A stretch of 63,587 bases of DNA, the filler included, from Phoronis australis (Eukaryota; Animalia; Phoronida): the NCBI GenBank assembly GCA_002633005.1. It is 4 parts of 4 records of this genome, joined end to end, with 100 filler letters (N's around TTAATTAATTAA, not from the genome) between each part and the next. Parts side by side here need not be neighbours in the genome. Positions count along the whole stretch, not along the records: positions 12,460 to 37,119 come from NMRA01000020.1; positions 37,220 to 62,173 come from NMRA01000995.1; 2 more parts are not named here. One strand, given 5' to 3'. The notes under the pieces are model-generated. The model was not told the origin of the DNA. It ran no database searches and saw only the letters and a program-made list of their open reading frames with translations. Every line of letters begins with the position of its first letter. Position 1 is the first letter of the stretch. This document shows positions 33,659 through 46,585 of this stretch, piece by piece. The position numbers and the translations under genes were made by a program.

Positions 33659-35753
33659 CAACTTAAAAGTTGCGCGTACTATGCATCGCAAGAAGTGTAC
33701 GGTACGTGATAGTGTATACGGATGCAGCGTAATGCGCTGAGGAGAAAATGCAATTATGGGAGAGTTAACGTTGGAGGACGGCTCCGTTGAGGTGTAGCAA
33801 AGGTTCGGGGGGGGGGGCACTTGCATTGATGACGTGCCGGTCAGATGGGTGACTTTTTCACGGTCAAATTCTCTACCGGGTGGTGCCTTCTCAGATAAAA
33901 TTCTTAACGAAATGGTTTGCATTTCCTAGTTTGGAACTCTATGAAAGGTAATTTTTCGACACTTTTCACTGAAACTGCTTTAAAAATTTCCAAAGCATTC
34001 TTTTATAATGCTTTGGTAAATGAAACATCCATCGACACGATGTTCTGCCTCCCGTTCAGTAACGCTAGGACCTCGCTAAAAAGCAAGACTTCGCGAGATT
34101 ACGTGAGATATTGCCGTGTATTTCAAAGCAGCAGGATTATGTTGCTCGACCTATTTTTTATGTTTCTGCAGGTTACAGTGACCTGTTATCACTTACGTTA
34201 CCATTTGGAAGTTGAGACCTGCAATAAATGAGTATTGGCAAGGAGGAAGCATCGTTTTATCAGAAAATCTGTACGAAAGAGGGTTTTTTAGAAGTTCCTT
34301 CAAATGGGTCATTCGTTTACTCTCGAAAAGACTGGTGTTTATTTTACCGACTCTAAACTGGTTTTACATCCTGAGCCCGGAAAGATTGCCTAAGTCTACA
34401 ACATGAGCTGCGAAGTTATGACTGATATTGAAGGTTGAAAAATCCGCGCGGTAGGGTCTACTGAGGTGTCTTGAATAAGATATAAAGGTACGGAGTGGAT
34501 GAAGGGGATTTCATCCCGTCCCGCTGACGTCGTCCACCGTTCGTTTTAACTCTAATGCACAGGCCTAAGGTTTATCAAAAATGGAGAACTTTGTGCCTCA
34601 AGTGCACATGAGTTCAGTCGGTAGCTCACATGTGCGCCAATGGGCGGATGTTGCCTCGCAAGCCAGTGACAGGCGGATGTTGCCTCGCGAGCCAGTGACT
34701 GAGGCGGATATCTCCGCTACTGGATTTCTTCTTTTTCTTCTTGAGTCACGAGCGTAAATCGTTGCCGCCATATCAGACGAGCTAAACAGCGCTTCTTTCT
34801 CTCGATCGTTCATTGTAACCTCCATATTACGTTTACGTTGATTATAACCACGCTTGTAGCTTACAGGTCACTGAACATTTTGCCTTGCTGTTTGGGAGTA
34901 ACACACATTGAGCTCTGCAAAGCTCACATATATTGAGACAGCCCACTGAGCTTGATCATAGGTCTCCGTCTGCGCTAGGCTTACCAATATGTCCGTTTTC
35001 CACATCCATTCCCAAGATTCAGTTGTCGAGTTCCACATGCCTCCACAGCAACTCGTCGTTTATTTTGAAATTATCTGTGTTTTACTTTCAGTTTTATCTC
35101 AGGCTACTATGCAACGGATTACTTCACAGTTAGTTGGGACGACGCTCCTCATCGCCCTTTTTGCAAAAGGTAAATAAAAATACCTCTGAGGGAGAATAAA
35201 TGCTTTGTGAAGAGAGCTTTCAGAAACGCAGGTCAAGTGAGAGTGGAAATAGTCGGCTTGTGACTGCAGAGGGGATTTTTGACATGTTTACTTTGGGAGT
35301 ATTGCAAATATTAATATTCCAATCTGTTCCTGAATCTGCATTGTGTTTTTGAACATTGCCGTTTGGACTTAAGACATTCTAACGTTTGCTGCAAGTTAAG
35401 TTAGATTTTTCCTAGTTTTCTTAGATTAATGTAGACCAAATTTGCGCGAATCAAAGTTTCGTTGCAATTTTGTAGCAATTGGCCGCATGTATCCCATTGA
35501 AGATGAAATTGTTTTACGCGATGGACAGGCTGGTCTCAGTAGGGCGCCCGTTTTCTGAATATTGTCTTTTATATTACATCTTCAATGTTTGCCCCCGGGC
35601 TTGAACCTTGTCCTGGTGTTATCAGGGGCGGATCCAGGATTTTGAGTTAGAGGGCCAGGGCAGAGTGATAGCCAGGAATTTGCCCGTCAGGCACTCGCAA
35701 CCCCGAAGTGCCAAATGGAATCTGGAAGAATTTTAGGAGGGGGGGGGGGGGGT

Positions 35754-37119
35754 TGTGTCCGATATTTAATTTTGTTCAGATGGAAGTGAGTTTTACATCC
35801 TGACATAATAATAAAGCATTCATACAGTACAACATATCATGAATGTGACACTTGAGATAATTAAATGGGTAGCCTAGATGTTGACAAATGATCTTCTATA
35901 TCTGAAAGATTAAAAAGGCCGTGGAATAATTTAAGGAAGTTATCAGGTGACATTTGTGAATAAAGAAAAAAATATATCGAAGAAATGGTCCTAGATGGTA
36001 GACTGTTTTTCAAAATCCCTACGTTTGTTTGTCCAAAGTACATAATATACTCAGCTCGATTTATTTGCACGTTTTAATCGATTTCAGATGACAGTGAGTT
36101 TTACATCCTTACCCTGTAATTAGCAGGAAATTCTCAAACAGTCATCAGTATAATTATGTAACATTTCCCAGACATTTATCCTAAATCTTCATTATATTAA
36201 GAAGGGATCAGTAAAAAAATTAAAAAGTGCAAGGGTTCTGGATCTCGAGTCATTTAAGTTAGAAGTTCCATGGAATATCACCCGGAAAACATTACATGGA
36301 ACATTTTTAAATTAAAAAAATATTTCAAACAGGTGAGTGTAATTAATACAATGTGCACTCTCAAATTACACAATATATCGATTACACTCACCCGTTTTAT
36401 CAAGTTTAATCTTGCTTTCCTATGGCAACTGTCGAAAAATTTCTCACTGACATCAAAACAGTCAAGAAGTACACCCTGATTGAGCATGTCTGCGTTTGGT
36501 CATTATTAAAGACACTCTAGAAAGGTTGTCGCGATCTTAATCATAAAAATACTCAAAAGCTGGGATGAACATCATGAAGTGACATTCGCAGCAAATACAT
36601 GGATGGTCTCACAAGGGATAAAAGGTCTCTAATGTTCCTAAATCAAAAATGCCATGGAATGTTTTCTTACATTCCTCACATGGGATATTCTTTTAAATAT
36701 GATTATTTCAAACAGGCAGGTGTAATTGGTGCTAAGTGTTATCATAAATGTCAGTTTTCTTTCTATTTAAACAATAATGTCAACTACAGTTGTCTGGTTT
36801 ATCATTTTTTTTCTTGATTTCACATCGCATCTGTGCAAAGGTTTTACATCGCATCATTGCGAAAGCTCATATAGTATTGAACCAGAGTACTATGAAAATA
36901 TAAGATGTACAAATGGTCTTCCGTGATATTCCTCTCAAAGTACGACAAGAACGGGAGTGTTCATACCCTGAATATGACAGTTGAGATAATTAAATGGGTA
37001 ACCTAGATGTGATGAATGATCTTCTATATTGAAAGATTAAAAATGCTGTGGAATAATTTAAGGAAGTTATCAGGTGACATTTGTGAATAAAGAAAAAAAT
37101 ATATCGAAGAAATGGTCCT
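35754..37119 (-). repeat. Inverted copy of the ~1.13-kb complex tandem repeat, running into a gap
   Basis: Starts TGTGTCCGATATTTAATTTTG (reverse complement of 14902-14922). TTGAGATAATTAAATGGGT recurs at 35852 and 36981, giving a period of ~1130. Confidence 0.88.
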
Positions 37120-38154
37120 NNNNNNNNNNNNNNNNNNNNNNNNNNNNNNNNNNNNNNNNNNNNTTAATTAATTAANNNNNNNNNNNNNNNNNNNNNNNNN
37201 NNNNNNNNNNNNNNNNNNNCAGTCCAGTCAATAGATGGTTGTCAAATCGAGGGTCCAACTTTGAACAATACTTATGGGTTTAAAGTGAGCCGAAGAAATG
37301 TGAGGGACACCAAGTCAGTGAATGAGGTACAGTGTAGTAGGACTCTTTTGATAATCTTGAATTAATCCTATCATTCTTGTTTTCCTGAAAAGTAGTGAGG
37401 GCTCCATTTCATGAAAGTTTTTAAGTCTTACGTTTGATTATTGGCATGACAGCAACAGCAGTGTTCAACCAACACAATGTGACACGTGGTGGAATGACAG
37501 CATGGTTATTTCGGTCTAATTTAAGAGCAAAAGAATTTCATGAAATGGGGCTGTGGATTTTAACTGTCTTCATGTATGTGTGACCACATTAAAGACATTC
37601 AAAAAGATGAAATGTTCACATTCATAGCAGTATGAACTGCCATGTATGTGTAATGTGTACTTGCCCACAAACTCCAGTATTCCAGCATAAATGATCCCAC
37701 CAATCTCATGTTGTCATTGTTTGCAGTCTGTTAGTTAACCACTGCTGAGTTGTGAGCATTTACTTTTATTAAATTAATTCTTTTTTGGCAAAAAATTCAA
37801 GCAATATGAATATAGGAAATTTGCGTGTGTGAGAGTTTTGTGAACATCTGGCTGCTTTGAGTAAAAAATGTATCCAGGGCTCTTTGTGGAAAATTGAACG
37901 TGACATATTCATTGTGGCAGTACTGACCTCGCAAACCATGGGATGTAGTTGTGTTGGAAGGAAATGGCAGTATATCTTGCACCATTATGGGAACTGGTGA
38001 AACAAGAGACGGACATGGCCTTGAATTAGCTGTAACATATTCATTTGTTAGAATGAAACACACTGTACAATGACAACTTGCAATTAATAGTTAACTCAGT
38101 CACCCTAAAGCACAAAAACTTTTCTTGACAAATCTCACCCTTTGATTTAATGCA

Positions 38155-39735
38155 TTTTGTGCGCCCACATATTTATATGTGGACGCATTATGCCGTCATC
38201 TTCGTCCGTCTGGGCGGCGTCTGTCCGGCGTCCAGCGTCCGCTGCTTTATCTCCAAAACCCTTTGACATACGTTCATGAAATTTGGCACATATGTTCCAT
38301 TCATGAATGGGACGACATGTGCGAACTTTCGGACGGATCCGACTACCGGTGTGCCCCCTAGTGGCAATTTTAGTTTTTTACGCTTACCTTTGTGTCTTCA
38401 AAAGTCTTGAACGGATTTTCATGAAATTTGGTATGTAGGCACCTATTAGTGNNNNNNNNNNNNNNNNNNNNNNNNNNNNNNNNNNNNNNNNNNNNNNNNN
38501 NNNNNNNNNNNNNNNNNNNNNNNNNNNNNNNNNNNNNNNNNNNNNNNNNNNNNNNNNNNNNNNNNNNNNNNNNNNNNNNNNNNNNNNNNNNNNNNNNNNN
38601 NNNNNNNNNNNNNNNNNNNNNNNNNNNNNNNNNNNNNNNNNNNNNNNNNNNNNNNNNNNNNNNNNNNNNNNNNNNNNNNNNNNNNNNNNNNNNNNNNNNN
38701 NNNNNNNNNNNNNNNNNNNNNNNNNNNNNNNNNNNNNNNNNNNNNNNNNNNNNNNNNNNNNNNNNNNNNNNNNNNNNNNNNNNNNNNNNNNNNNNNNNNN
38801 NNNNNNNNNNNNNNNTCAAAAGTCTTGAACGGATTTTCATGAAATTTGGTATGTAGGCACCTATTAGTGAGATGACGCTATCCTCCCGTTTTCAGATGGA
38901 TTCGACATAGTTTGCGCCACCTAGTGGCCATTTTTAGTGTTTTCGAGTCTGTTTTTGTGCGTCCACCCCTCTATCAACCAAACCGCTCAAAGGATGATTG
39001 TGAAAATTGGCATGTATATGCTTACTATGTAGAGAACTGTTGACGATGATTTTCCAACGATTTCAACTACTGTGGCGCCTCCTAGTGGCAGTTTTGTTTT
39101 TTTGCGCCTATGGCTGTATCTCCTAAATTGTTCGCAGGATCTTTACGAAATTGTGTAAGTATATTTATATAATGTTACCAACGGAACATGATGACTTTTG
39201 GACGGATCCGACTACCGGTGTGCCCCCTAGTGGCAATTTTATTTTTTTACGTTTACCTCTTTATCTTCACAAGTCCTTAACGGATTTTCATGAAATTTGG
39301 TATGTAGGCACCTATTAGTACGATGACGCTATCATCCCGTTTTCGGATGGATTCGACCTAGTTTGCAACACCCAGTGGCCATTTTTACTGTTTTTGAGTC
39401 TGTTTTTTGGCGTCCACCTCTCTATCAACCAAACCGCTCTAAGTATGATTGTGAAAATTGGCATGTATGTTCTTACTATGAAGAGGACGGTTGTCGCTGA
39501 ATTTCCCATGACTTTGATTACTGTGGCGCCTCTTAGTAGCAGCTTTTTTGCGCCATGGCTGTATCTCCCAAACTGTTTGCAGGATCTTTACTAAATTTAG
39601 CAAGTGTATTTATGTGATGTTGACAACGGTCGCAGCAGTTTGACAGAATTTCTGAAAATGAAATAATTACCAATTAAAAGAGTGATAAATTCCTCATCTA
39701 AAAATCTGGGGGCATATTGCGCAATTGGAAAAACA
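38155..39735 (+). mobile_element. Helentron-associated non-autonomous element (HINE/DINE-like) with an internal ~450-bp tandem array
   Basis: 5' hairpin TGCGCCCACA/TGTGGACGCA (38160-38187), then a (CGTC)-like microsatellite, tandem units (GGCACCTATTAGT at ~38856 and ~39307) and a 3' GGGGGCATA subterminal repeat. Partly gapped. Confidence 0.65.
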
Positions 39736-40400
39736 TCAATCTTCCGACCGACCAAAATTAGGCCTTGCGGATGATCGAAAACTCGCCATGAAAACTTGGC
39801 CTTGACTTCATGAAAACAACTTGAGGAGATGCGCACGCATCTAAACTACATCCTGTCCAAATTTCATGTTTGTATTTGAGAGTGTAGTGCTCTTTTGGAT
39901 AGGAGGAACAAGAGGTACTTTTTCGAAAGTTGATCGCGTGGCAGAAAATTTTGCGCTAAAAAAAGCTTACAAAAAATGATTTATCAGTGATAATTTGACA
40001 CAAAAAGATTACAAACTTACAAATAAAGACTAGGGCAACGTTTTAAAACACAAAATCATCTTATAGTTAAAGGCGAAGGCAACCTTTTCCAATGTCATTT
40101 TGAGCTAAAATAATGTTGGTTGGTTATCCTAGACATATTTTCCACTTAATTACAGCTTTTCGTAATTTTATAAATTTCTCGTCCGCTACTCCAGAAGTGA
40201 CGTTTTAGGAGGCAAGCGTTTCCTGCCACTTGGTTTTGCGTTGACTTTACCGTGCGAATCTGTTCTATTCTACTTTTGTTTTGTGCTGTTTTTCAACAAT
40301 TGTCGCCACCACTTTCCATCGGCGAGTATTCTGCGGCAAGGTTAGTAGAGAACTCAACTACGTTGGATTTAGGGATTGTTTAGTGTGTTGTAAGCTGAAA

Positions 40401-40755
40401 ATGGCTGGAGTCGGTGACCCGTATCACAGTGACAGTAGTGTGAGTGACGGAGACCTTGTTCACAGCAGTAATGACGAGGAATTTTTTCACGGACATTCAG
40501 TGGGTGGGTACATGTTTGAGCCCGAGTATAACGAGGCAGAGTACGCNCATTCAGTGGGTGGGTACATGTTTGAGCCCGAGTATAACGAGGCAGAGTACGC
40601 ACAGGCACAGGCAGCTGTTGAGAAAAACGAGGCGACCACTGGACAGACGTGGTGACACATCTTGGTGCAAATGCACTGTGTGCGTTGTTATGCCTACCTC
40701 AATGGAATGCTTGCGCTGTTCAGAGTTCGACGAGGTCAAGCCACTACTGGTTAAG
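40401..40755 (+). pseudogene. KolX N-terminus (P2X7 C-terminal ballast/nanor-like Cys-rich protein)
   Basis: MAGVGD..acidic..GYMFEPEY, then after a frameshift DTSWCKCTVCVVMPTSMECLRCSE (WCxCxxCxxMPTxxECxxC). Truncated at the deletion junction. Confidence 0.75.
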
Positions 40756-41528
40756 TGGACCTCCGGCATACCACGGACAGAGGAACAACTGTCCCACTTG
40801 CCAGAGTGTCCCGCGACACACTCCCACTGGATGGTGATCTGAGCACCCAAACTGCTTACATCGTGTCGTGTAACTCCCTCGCCACACACCTGGCACCTTC
40901 TAAATAGACAAGTCCACAATAATCTTATCAAAGTTTGGCTCACCGATCTGTTCACTGAACGACAAACTGTCCTCTTTACTGGGTGTCGAACTGGGCCTGT
41001 AATCACTCCCACTACTTAATATCGCTGCATGGCTGCTTAGAGGCTCTGGGCTGGAGAAAATGCACAGGGCGAATCACTACTGGTTCCAGGAATTGCACGC
41101 TCTGGGGTACGTTCGGAGGCACGGGTGACAGTAGATGAAGTGCCTCCACTGGCTCCAGTCACTGTACTGGCCACAGCTCGTGAGGCTCAGTCTCGCTTCA
41201 AAAACGCACTTCTCGGGGGTGGCGACGGGGCACTGCCGGGAATCAACACGGACGGAATGGCATCCTTCTTCAGGCGTTGTTTCGCAGGGACCTTCATCAG
41301 TTCAGCGTACAAATCCCTTTCGTAACCGGAGGGCAGAAAGTGCTTACCGCACACACGGTAATTCTCCACTGCTTTGTACGTTGCGTGGACGGGTAACGCT
41401 GCGTTCTTCACACGAACGAGCCAAGTACGGCGAAGTGTGTCATCCATCGGAAAGCGATGCAAAGGTACTTCCAAAGCGCGCGTGAGCCGATAATTAGTAC
41501 ATTCCGGTACGCAGCAACAGTGTGGCAT
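40755..41528 (-). pseudogene. Kolobok transposase N-terminus with THAP zinc finger
   Basis: MPHCCCVPECTN..LHRFP...RRTW...VCGKHF...LKKDAIPSV (THAP C2CH plus AVPTI-like box), then LFRRCQVC..GAQITIQWECVAGHSGKWDS..MP. The catalytic DDE region is absent. Confidence 0.82.
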
Positions 41529-42640
41529 GTTGACTGACTAGTAAATGAAAGCAAACGACGACGGAACTTAACACAACCGAGGTAGAACAATGACTGACTC
41601 GGCAGCTCTCACACTCAGACTATATGAAAAGAAATTGGCGCGAAATGCTTGCCTCCTAAAACGTCACTTCCGCAGTAGCGGACGAGTAATTAATAAAATT
41701 ACGAAAAGCTGTAATTAAGTGGAAAATATGTCTAGGATAACCAACCAACCTTATTTTAGCTCAAAATGACATGGAAAAAGGTTGCCTTCGCCTTTAAAAG
41801 TTTTCAATCTAAAGTACAATAATTTCAGATTCTCTTTTAAGTTATTACTCAATACTATTGACCAAAATTTTAGATCCCATGGATTATTCGTTAAGTCAGA
41901 AATTGGGTGACAGATGTACAGCAAATTTGTATGTCCATTACACCCATGAAATTACAATTTTTCAGCCAATAAAAATAACCTTAGGTAATATTTTTGCTTT
42001 CTAAACTTGCAGAAGAAAAATTTTTTCTCACACCTAAGAACCTTAAAACCATAAAATATTGCAAAGGCAGCTTTAAAATTATGCGAAGAAGTTGCTACAC
42101 ACTTAAACTAAATGCATTGGACTTTTTCAATTTTGAAAGTATTTGCAAGAAAGTTAAAGTTTACAATGTCATCTAGTTATTCTTAGGGCTGTTCCAGGTG
42201 GGGACGGCAGTTGAAATAAAAATTCATGGGTGGTGGTCTTTATCAGAAGAAAACTCAAATTATGGGTGGTCCTTCTTGTAAGAAATAAAGCATTAAAACT
42301 TGGTGGTATTGTTTGACCCGTAAATGTTGTCAAGTGGGTATTTTCAGCCAAACACATCTCAAAAGAAATCAAAAGTCACCAAAAATTCACTTGGCAAATA
42401 CCCAAACGTATCCCAAAGCAAAAAGACAAACCCATGTTGCTAGTGTACAGAGTGCAAATGTACACTATGCCATTAATCAAGTCACGGGCAACTTGATTAC
42501 AAGCACATGTACTGCAGACATATTAGTCTGAAAATATCTGCAACACTAAACTGGAGTAAACACATATTAAGAAAACTGATGATTTTTAGATAAAAAGTAT
42601 GAGAAGTCAGATAGACAAGTTCCAATATTCACTTGACATA

Positions 42641-44094
42641 CCCTATTCGCCCTAATAACCGCCCATGCCCCAATAAGCGCCTCCATGCATTTTCAGACTT
42701 TGCTAAAATAAGCGCCCAGCCCATGAACGTGTACGTGCGAAAAATGCCTTACCTACAGTCCTAAAGTTGTACAGTAACGTCTTCAATTTATCAGCAGTCC
42801 TGAAAAAATCGTTGTGCGCAGAATTTAATTGTAGACCACGAGCCTCGCTGCTTTGTTGGTATTTAGCCGTGACTATACACTTCCAACTTCGGCCGCGGAG
42901 TCCCAAATTGAACGCATAAGACAGTTTTGCTGATCATGCGAGGAAGGTATCCCACTATGGTCTGACCTTTCAGAACAGAGGTAGTGTACTTGTTAACGGG
43001 ATTGTATTGTATTTATTTCCCGCTTTCAACAGGAATCCAAATTTCTTTGTACACGTGAAAACCGTGAATCGAATGCTAATAAAAAACATGGCCAGAGTAT
43101 TTTAAAAGCAAGTGGGCCAGGAAGTGTGCGCTTTGATGTACCTGTCATCAAAGACATGAGTTGGGAACTATCCATACTTGAAACGGGTAGCATAGCATTG
43201 GCAAGAAATGAATATTGGCACTAATTGGTATTGTTTTAGTAGTCATAAATGGCGTTTTTAAGCCAAACGTTCGATAAGGTGACCAATGTCAGTCAATGCT
43301 TACACACCCTTACACCGAAAAATAATTGTCAGATAGTCACGTACGCATCCAGCCTCACGGCGACTAATATGGGCCTTACCGAGACAAATGTCGAACGTGT
43401 TTAGCTCAAAACCGGGAAGTGCTGAATGAAACATGTCCTGCTTTAGGCCTTCTGCTAGTGTGCTAATTTCTTAAGATACAGTGCACATCTAGCTCGTTAG
43501 ATTGCATTTAGTCTGGCCAAAGACGGTCTCTGCTCTGGCAAATGAACTTTGGTGACATGCACATGGTCGCTTACTCACAAACGCAGGCAAAGTTCAAAAC
43601 AAACGTCACGTGACAACTACATGTGTGTTCGTCCAGAGATTTTTCTCATGTTGCCGATCATAGATGGCACGATGTAGCACAGATTTGAACATAAATCTGC
43701 CGTTAATCCCGACTCCATGGGAACTTAACAATCTTAGGTACACAATTTGGAAAACTTAAGGAGGATTTCAGGTAATTTGTTGAGTTGAAACTGTATTTTT
43801 ATTCAAGCATTCAAGTCGCCATATCAACGATTGAGGCAATCAATTGGCGAGTTTTGGCCCTGGGATTTCAGCACAATTTTCTGTAAAATGATCGTAATTT
43901 AGCAGCAAAGTTTGATAGCAATGCACCACGATTTTATAGAAAGTCTTTGTTTAAGATACATCACAGAGTGTAAACATGATGAATTTTAGCTTCCGATTTC
44001 ACCCGTTTCGGAGACTGGGTTTCAATAAGCACACCCCCTCCCCCCTGAAACAAACTTTTCTAAGTGTCCTGGGCGGTTATTAGGGCGAATACAG
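42641..44094. mobile_element. Tc1/mariner (pogo-like) non-autonomous element nested in the Harbinger-type element
   Basis: TIRs CCCTATTCGCCCTAATAACCGCCCA / TGGGCGGTTATTAGGGCGAATACAG; TA on the left flank, TT on the right. Confidence 0.7.
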
Positions 44095-44279
44095 TTGCAG
44101 TCTAAAAGCGTTCATGGAGACAGTTTGAAGTTCATAGATCCATGAAATTGAAAAAATGTTATTGAAATTACGGAGACACATGGTGATCAGTCACCTGGTG
44201 GCTGCCAAAAGTACAATTGCTCACAGGTGTCTGAAATGCAAGTTTCTGGTAACTGATATGAGTTGTGATATCACATGGA

Positions 44280-45220
44280 ATTTTTCTGCACCCACAAAAA
44301 CTTTGTGGTCGGTCCGTATGTCATTATCATTTCTTGTCCATCAGTTATCTCAAGAACTGCTCGGGGGGGTCATGATGAAATTTGGTATTGACTGAGGTAC
44401 TTGGCAAGGATGCATGCACCAGCACTTGTCGATTTCTGGGTGGATTTGGCAACCTTGGTACCCCATGTTGGCCGGTTTAATTATCGGCAAGCCATTCCTT
44501 GTATGTTGATTATCTCAAAAACTGCTTCACTGATCACGATAAAATTCGAAATAGAAGTATATCGCAAGAATAAGCTGGCACCAGTCAATTTTTGGACGCT
44601 GGATTCAACTACTCTGACACCCCGTTGGTTTTGGACTGCGCAAGTCTTTGCTTGTCCGTCATTTATCTTGAAACCGCTTAACAGATCATGATGACATTTG
44701 GCATAGAGATAGACGGCTGGCATGCAAGCTCCAATTGATTTTCGAACAGATTTGATTACCATAGCACCCCCTGTTGGCCATTTTAGTTTTTGACAAGACA
44801 GTTTGATTATCTCAAAAACTGTGTTTTAAATTTCAACCTGATAAAAATGGGACGGTCCGTCTTTCATTATCAGTTTTTGTCCGTTTGGGGGATCATGATC
44901 AAATTTGGTATAGAGGTAATCGGTGTGAATGTGCCAGCACCGCCAAATACTTTGAAACCGTTTGATGGATCTTGATGACATTTGGCATAGAGATAGATGG
45001 CTGGTATACGCTGGTACCAGTCGATTTTTGGACAAATTTGGCTACTGTAGCACCCCCTGTGGGGCATTTTAGTTTTTGAGAAGACAGGTTGATTATCTCA
45101 AAAAGTGCTAGGCACAACTGGATGAAATTTGGCACAAAAATATATAGCAGGGTTGAATGCATCGACAGAAGTCGTTTTCGTTTTGATTCGTCCACCCTCT
45201 TGCCTACTTTAGTTTTTGGC
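44280..45220 (+). mobile_element. Degenerate HINE-like element with tandem subunits
   Basis: Repeated ATGAAATTTGG / GATTATCTCAAAAA / GCACCCCCTGT blocks at ~145-300-bp spacing after a CACCCACA..TGTGG hairpin and GTCC motif. Confidence 0.5.
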
Positions 45221-46456
45221 AATATTGGTCAAGACAACTAGTTCTTGTGTGACAATTATCTATAAGTTTTTAACATGTCATTCTGGAGGCAATTGTTTTC
45301 AAGTGTTGGATTTTATATTTTAACCTATTATGGGGCGTGTGTTGGAGAAATAAATGAAATATATGTGCGATGGGTACGAAATAAAAGTGCTTTCCCCCTC
45401 ACATAATTTTTGCTGGAACAGCCCTTAGTAGAATTCTTATTAAAATCAGACAGTTGGACCATATTATAAAATGTAAATAAAACAAAATGTTATTTTAATT
45501 GACTTTTTGTTTTTCTGTTGGTACTCTGTGTTTGTAAAGAAATGCTTAGCTTTTGGGAAATTCAAGATGCAAAAATATTCATATAAAAGAATTCCTAAGG
45601 TGCTGTAGAGTATAAATAACAAGAGACCTAAAGGAATACATGTCAAGTTGATATTGCGCTGGAATCAACACGTTAATTCTGCTGTGACTGTGTTTTGTGT
45701 TGACAAAGCTGACACTGGGCATTTTTAAGTGGCAGAACCTGTCACCTACTTTATTGAGCATTTTTGTCACATCCTCTTTTTTGTTTTTTAGTGTATTGGG
45801 TCATTGGGTGGCTTGCATGAAATGATTTCATAGCAAGTGGTTACATTGTCTCATCTTACATATTTTTGCTCCCTCAATCTTTTTTAAGAGTTAAACTAAT
45901 CTTGGCTGCTAATCTTTGAGGATATTAAACAGGAAGCTTTTCAGCTAAACTGTCAACGTCATGAAATACATTGTCTTGAGTCCGTAGTGACGGCCTGTCC
46001 AAAAGCATCCTCTTTCACTAGAGAGCTTAGCTGTTTGAAAATTGCTCATATCTTGCCAAATGCGCAGCCTGTAGCTTAAAAAATGACTTTGTGAAATGGG
46101 GTACATCATGAAACATTCTTCTTTTCAAAATACACACGTTTTAATAAAGATCATTTTTGTTGTTCTGTACTCAGTTTAGGAGTGTTCTCTGGGCTTGGGA
46201 AGAAGTGACCAATCGTTATTTCTTCAGTGAAGCTTGAAACATGGTTTTTCTAAAGAAAAGATGAAATGTCATATCTTGGAAGTCCTGAAATCACTAAGGA
46301 ACAGTTTGAGACCAACTTCTTTACACTGTCTTAAATCAAAATTTAGTTTTTGACTCAAAACTCGAGTTTGATGCCATTTTAAATTCGGAGGAATATTTGA
46401 AAAAATTGTTAATTTTAGGTAGTACGTAATACCAGACTTTAATTCTATTCTTACAG

Positions 46457-46585
46457 ACAAGAATCTTGATAACCCCGATCACGCAACGGCTGAGTTCCGG
46501 CTAGTCCAGCAAGCATTTGAAGTGTTGGTTGATCCGCAAGAGAGAGCGTGGTATGATAAACATCGGGAGGCCATCTTGAGAGGAG
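46457..46585 (+). CDS. DNAJC21: DNAJC21 exon: J-domain C-terminal half
   Basis: (D)[42 protein letters not shown]; ttacag / gtagtt. Confidence 0.93.

Larger units (their letters stand above)
40071..41793. mobile_element. Internally deleted Kolobok DNA transposon
   Basis: ~152-bp TIRs starting AGGCGAAGGCAACC; TTAA TSD at 40067-40070 and 41794-41797; two convergent coding remnants (THAP-transposase on -, KolX on +). Confidence 0.9.
42186..45424. mobile_element. PIF/Harbinger-type non-autonomous element carrying nested insertions
   Basis: 12-bp TIR GGGCTGTTCCAG / CTGGAACAGCCC, with TTA at both 42183-42185 and 45425-45427. Confidence 0.65.

Noticed and set aside
34643-34715. 29-bp direct repeat GGCGGATGTTGCCTCGC.AGCCAGTGAC
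   Set aside because: Only two copies plus a partial third; a local slippage duplication with no further structure.
38370-38856. Long ORFs listed in the ORF track
   Set aside because: They are composed mostly of N-derived X residues.
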